From IMG/VR virus record IMGVR_UViG_3300042013_000067, positions 160,001 through 224,000 of that record: a stretch of 64,000 nt of DNA. The stretch is one strand, 5' to 3'. Under the pieces are notes generated by a model. That model did not search any database. It saw nothing but the letters and a program-made list of their open reading frames with translations, and was not told where the DNA came from. Both the position numbers and the translations under genes were made by a program. The stretch comes from a virus (Duplodnaviria; Caudoviricetes). Below, one piece after another: positions 63,886 through 64,000 of the stretch (positions within the stretch are counted from its first letter, which is position 1; every line of letters begins with the position of its first letter).

Positions 63886-64000
63886 CAACACACCTGTACC
63901 GTGTACACGACTGGCACCCGTGAGTGCCCCAAACTACAAACTGATGCCACGCATCTAAGGCTAACCTCCGCTATCACACAGAGAGCGTCCCATGCCACAT

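Noticed and set aside
1-64000. CRISPR array, integrase or transposase, or DNA-hypermodification cluster
   Set aside because: No regularly spaced repeats and no recombinase or transposase motifs seen; ThyA keeps the dUMP-specific Asn and no glycosyltransferase is present

Overview
A 64 kb segment of a phiKZ-like (Chimalliviridae-type) jumbo phage genome. The left end carries the conserved virion-RNAP/tail block: gp178-like beta subunit (runs off the window), gp180-like beta' subunit with the DFDGD catalytic motif, gp181-like 2316-aa tail lytic transglycosylase, and gp182-like structural protein. The rest is a mostly plus-strand accessory region. It encodes nucleotide-metabolism enzymes (Tmk, Dcd, ThyA, NUDIX, two HD proteins, DHH), a tRNA/RtcB island, a Tad1-family immune-signal sponge, a macrodomain, an SspB-like adaptor, two DEDD exoribonucleases and a 2OG-Fe(II) oxygenase. 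A minus-strand block holds a tail-fibre-like gene and an SF2 helicase. The most unusual signals are: (i) a family of at least 8 proteins sharing a ~90-aa helical module that ends in a conserved [FY]-[DE]-x-I-N-x-stop tail, present as a 4-gene tandem array and fused to unrelated N-terminal domains; (ii) a dispersed gene-boundary palindrome (stop-CGGCATA...variable hairpin...TATGCCGT), including a near-direct-repeat pair flanking rtcB whose arm mismatches are reciprocally repaired by swapping arms, as expected after cassette integration; (iii) a tRNA-Ser-like RNA with an extra T-arm, a degenerate tRNA, and a ~300-nt structured ncRNA candidate beside rtcB. All family assignments are from motif recognition and memory; no searches were run.
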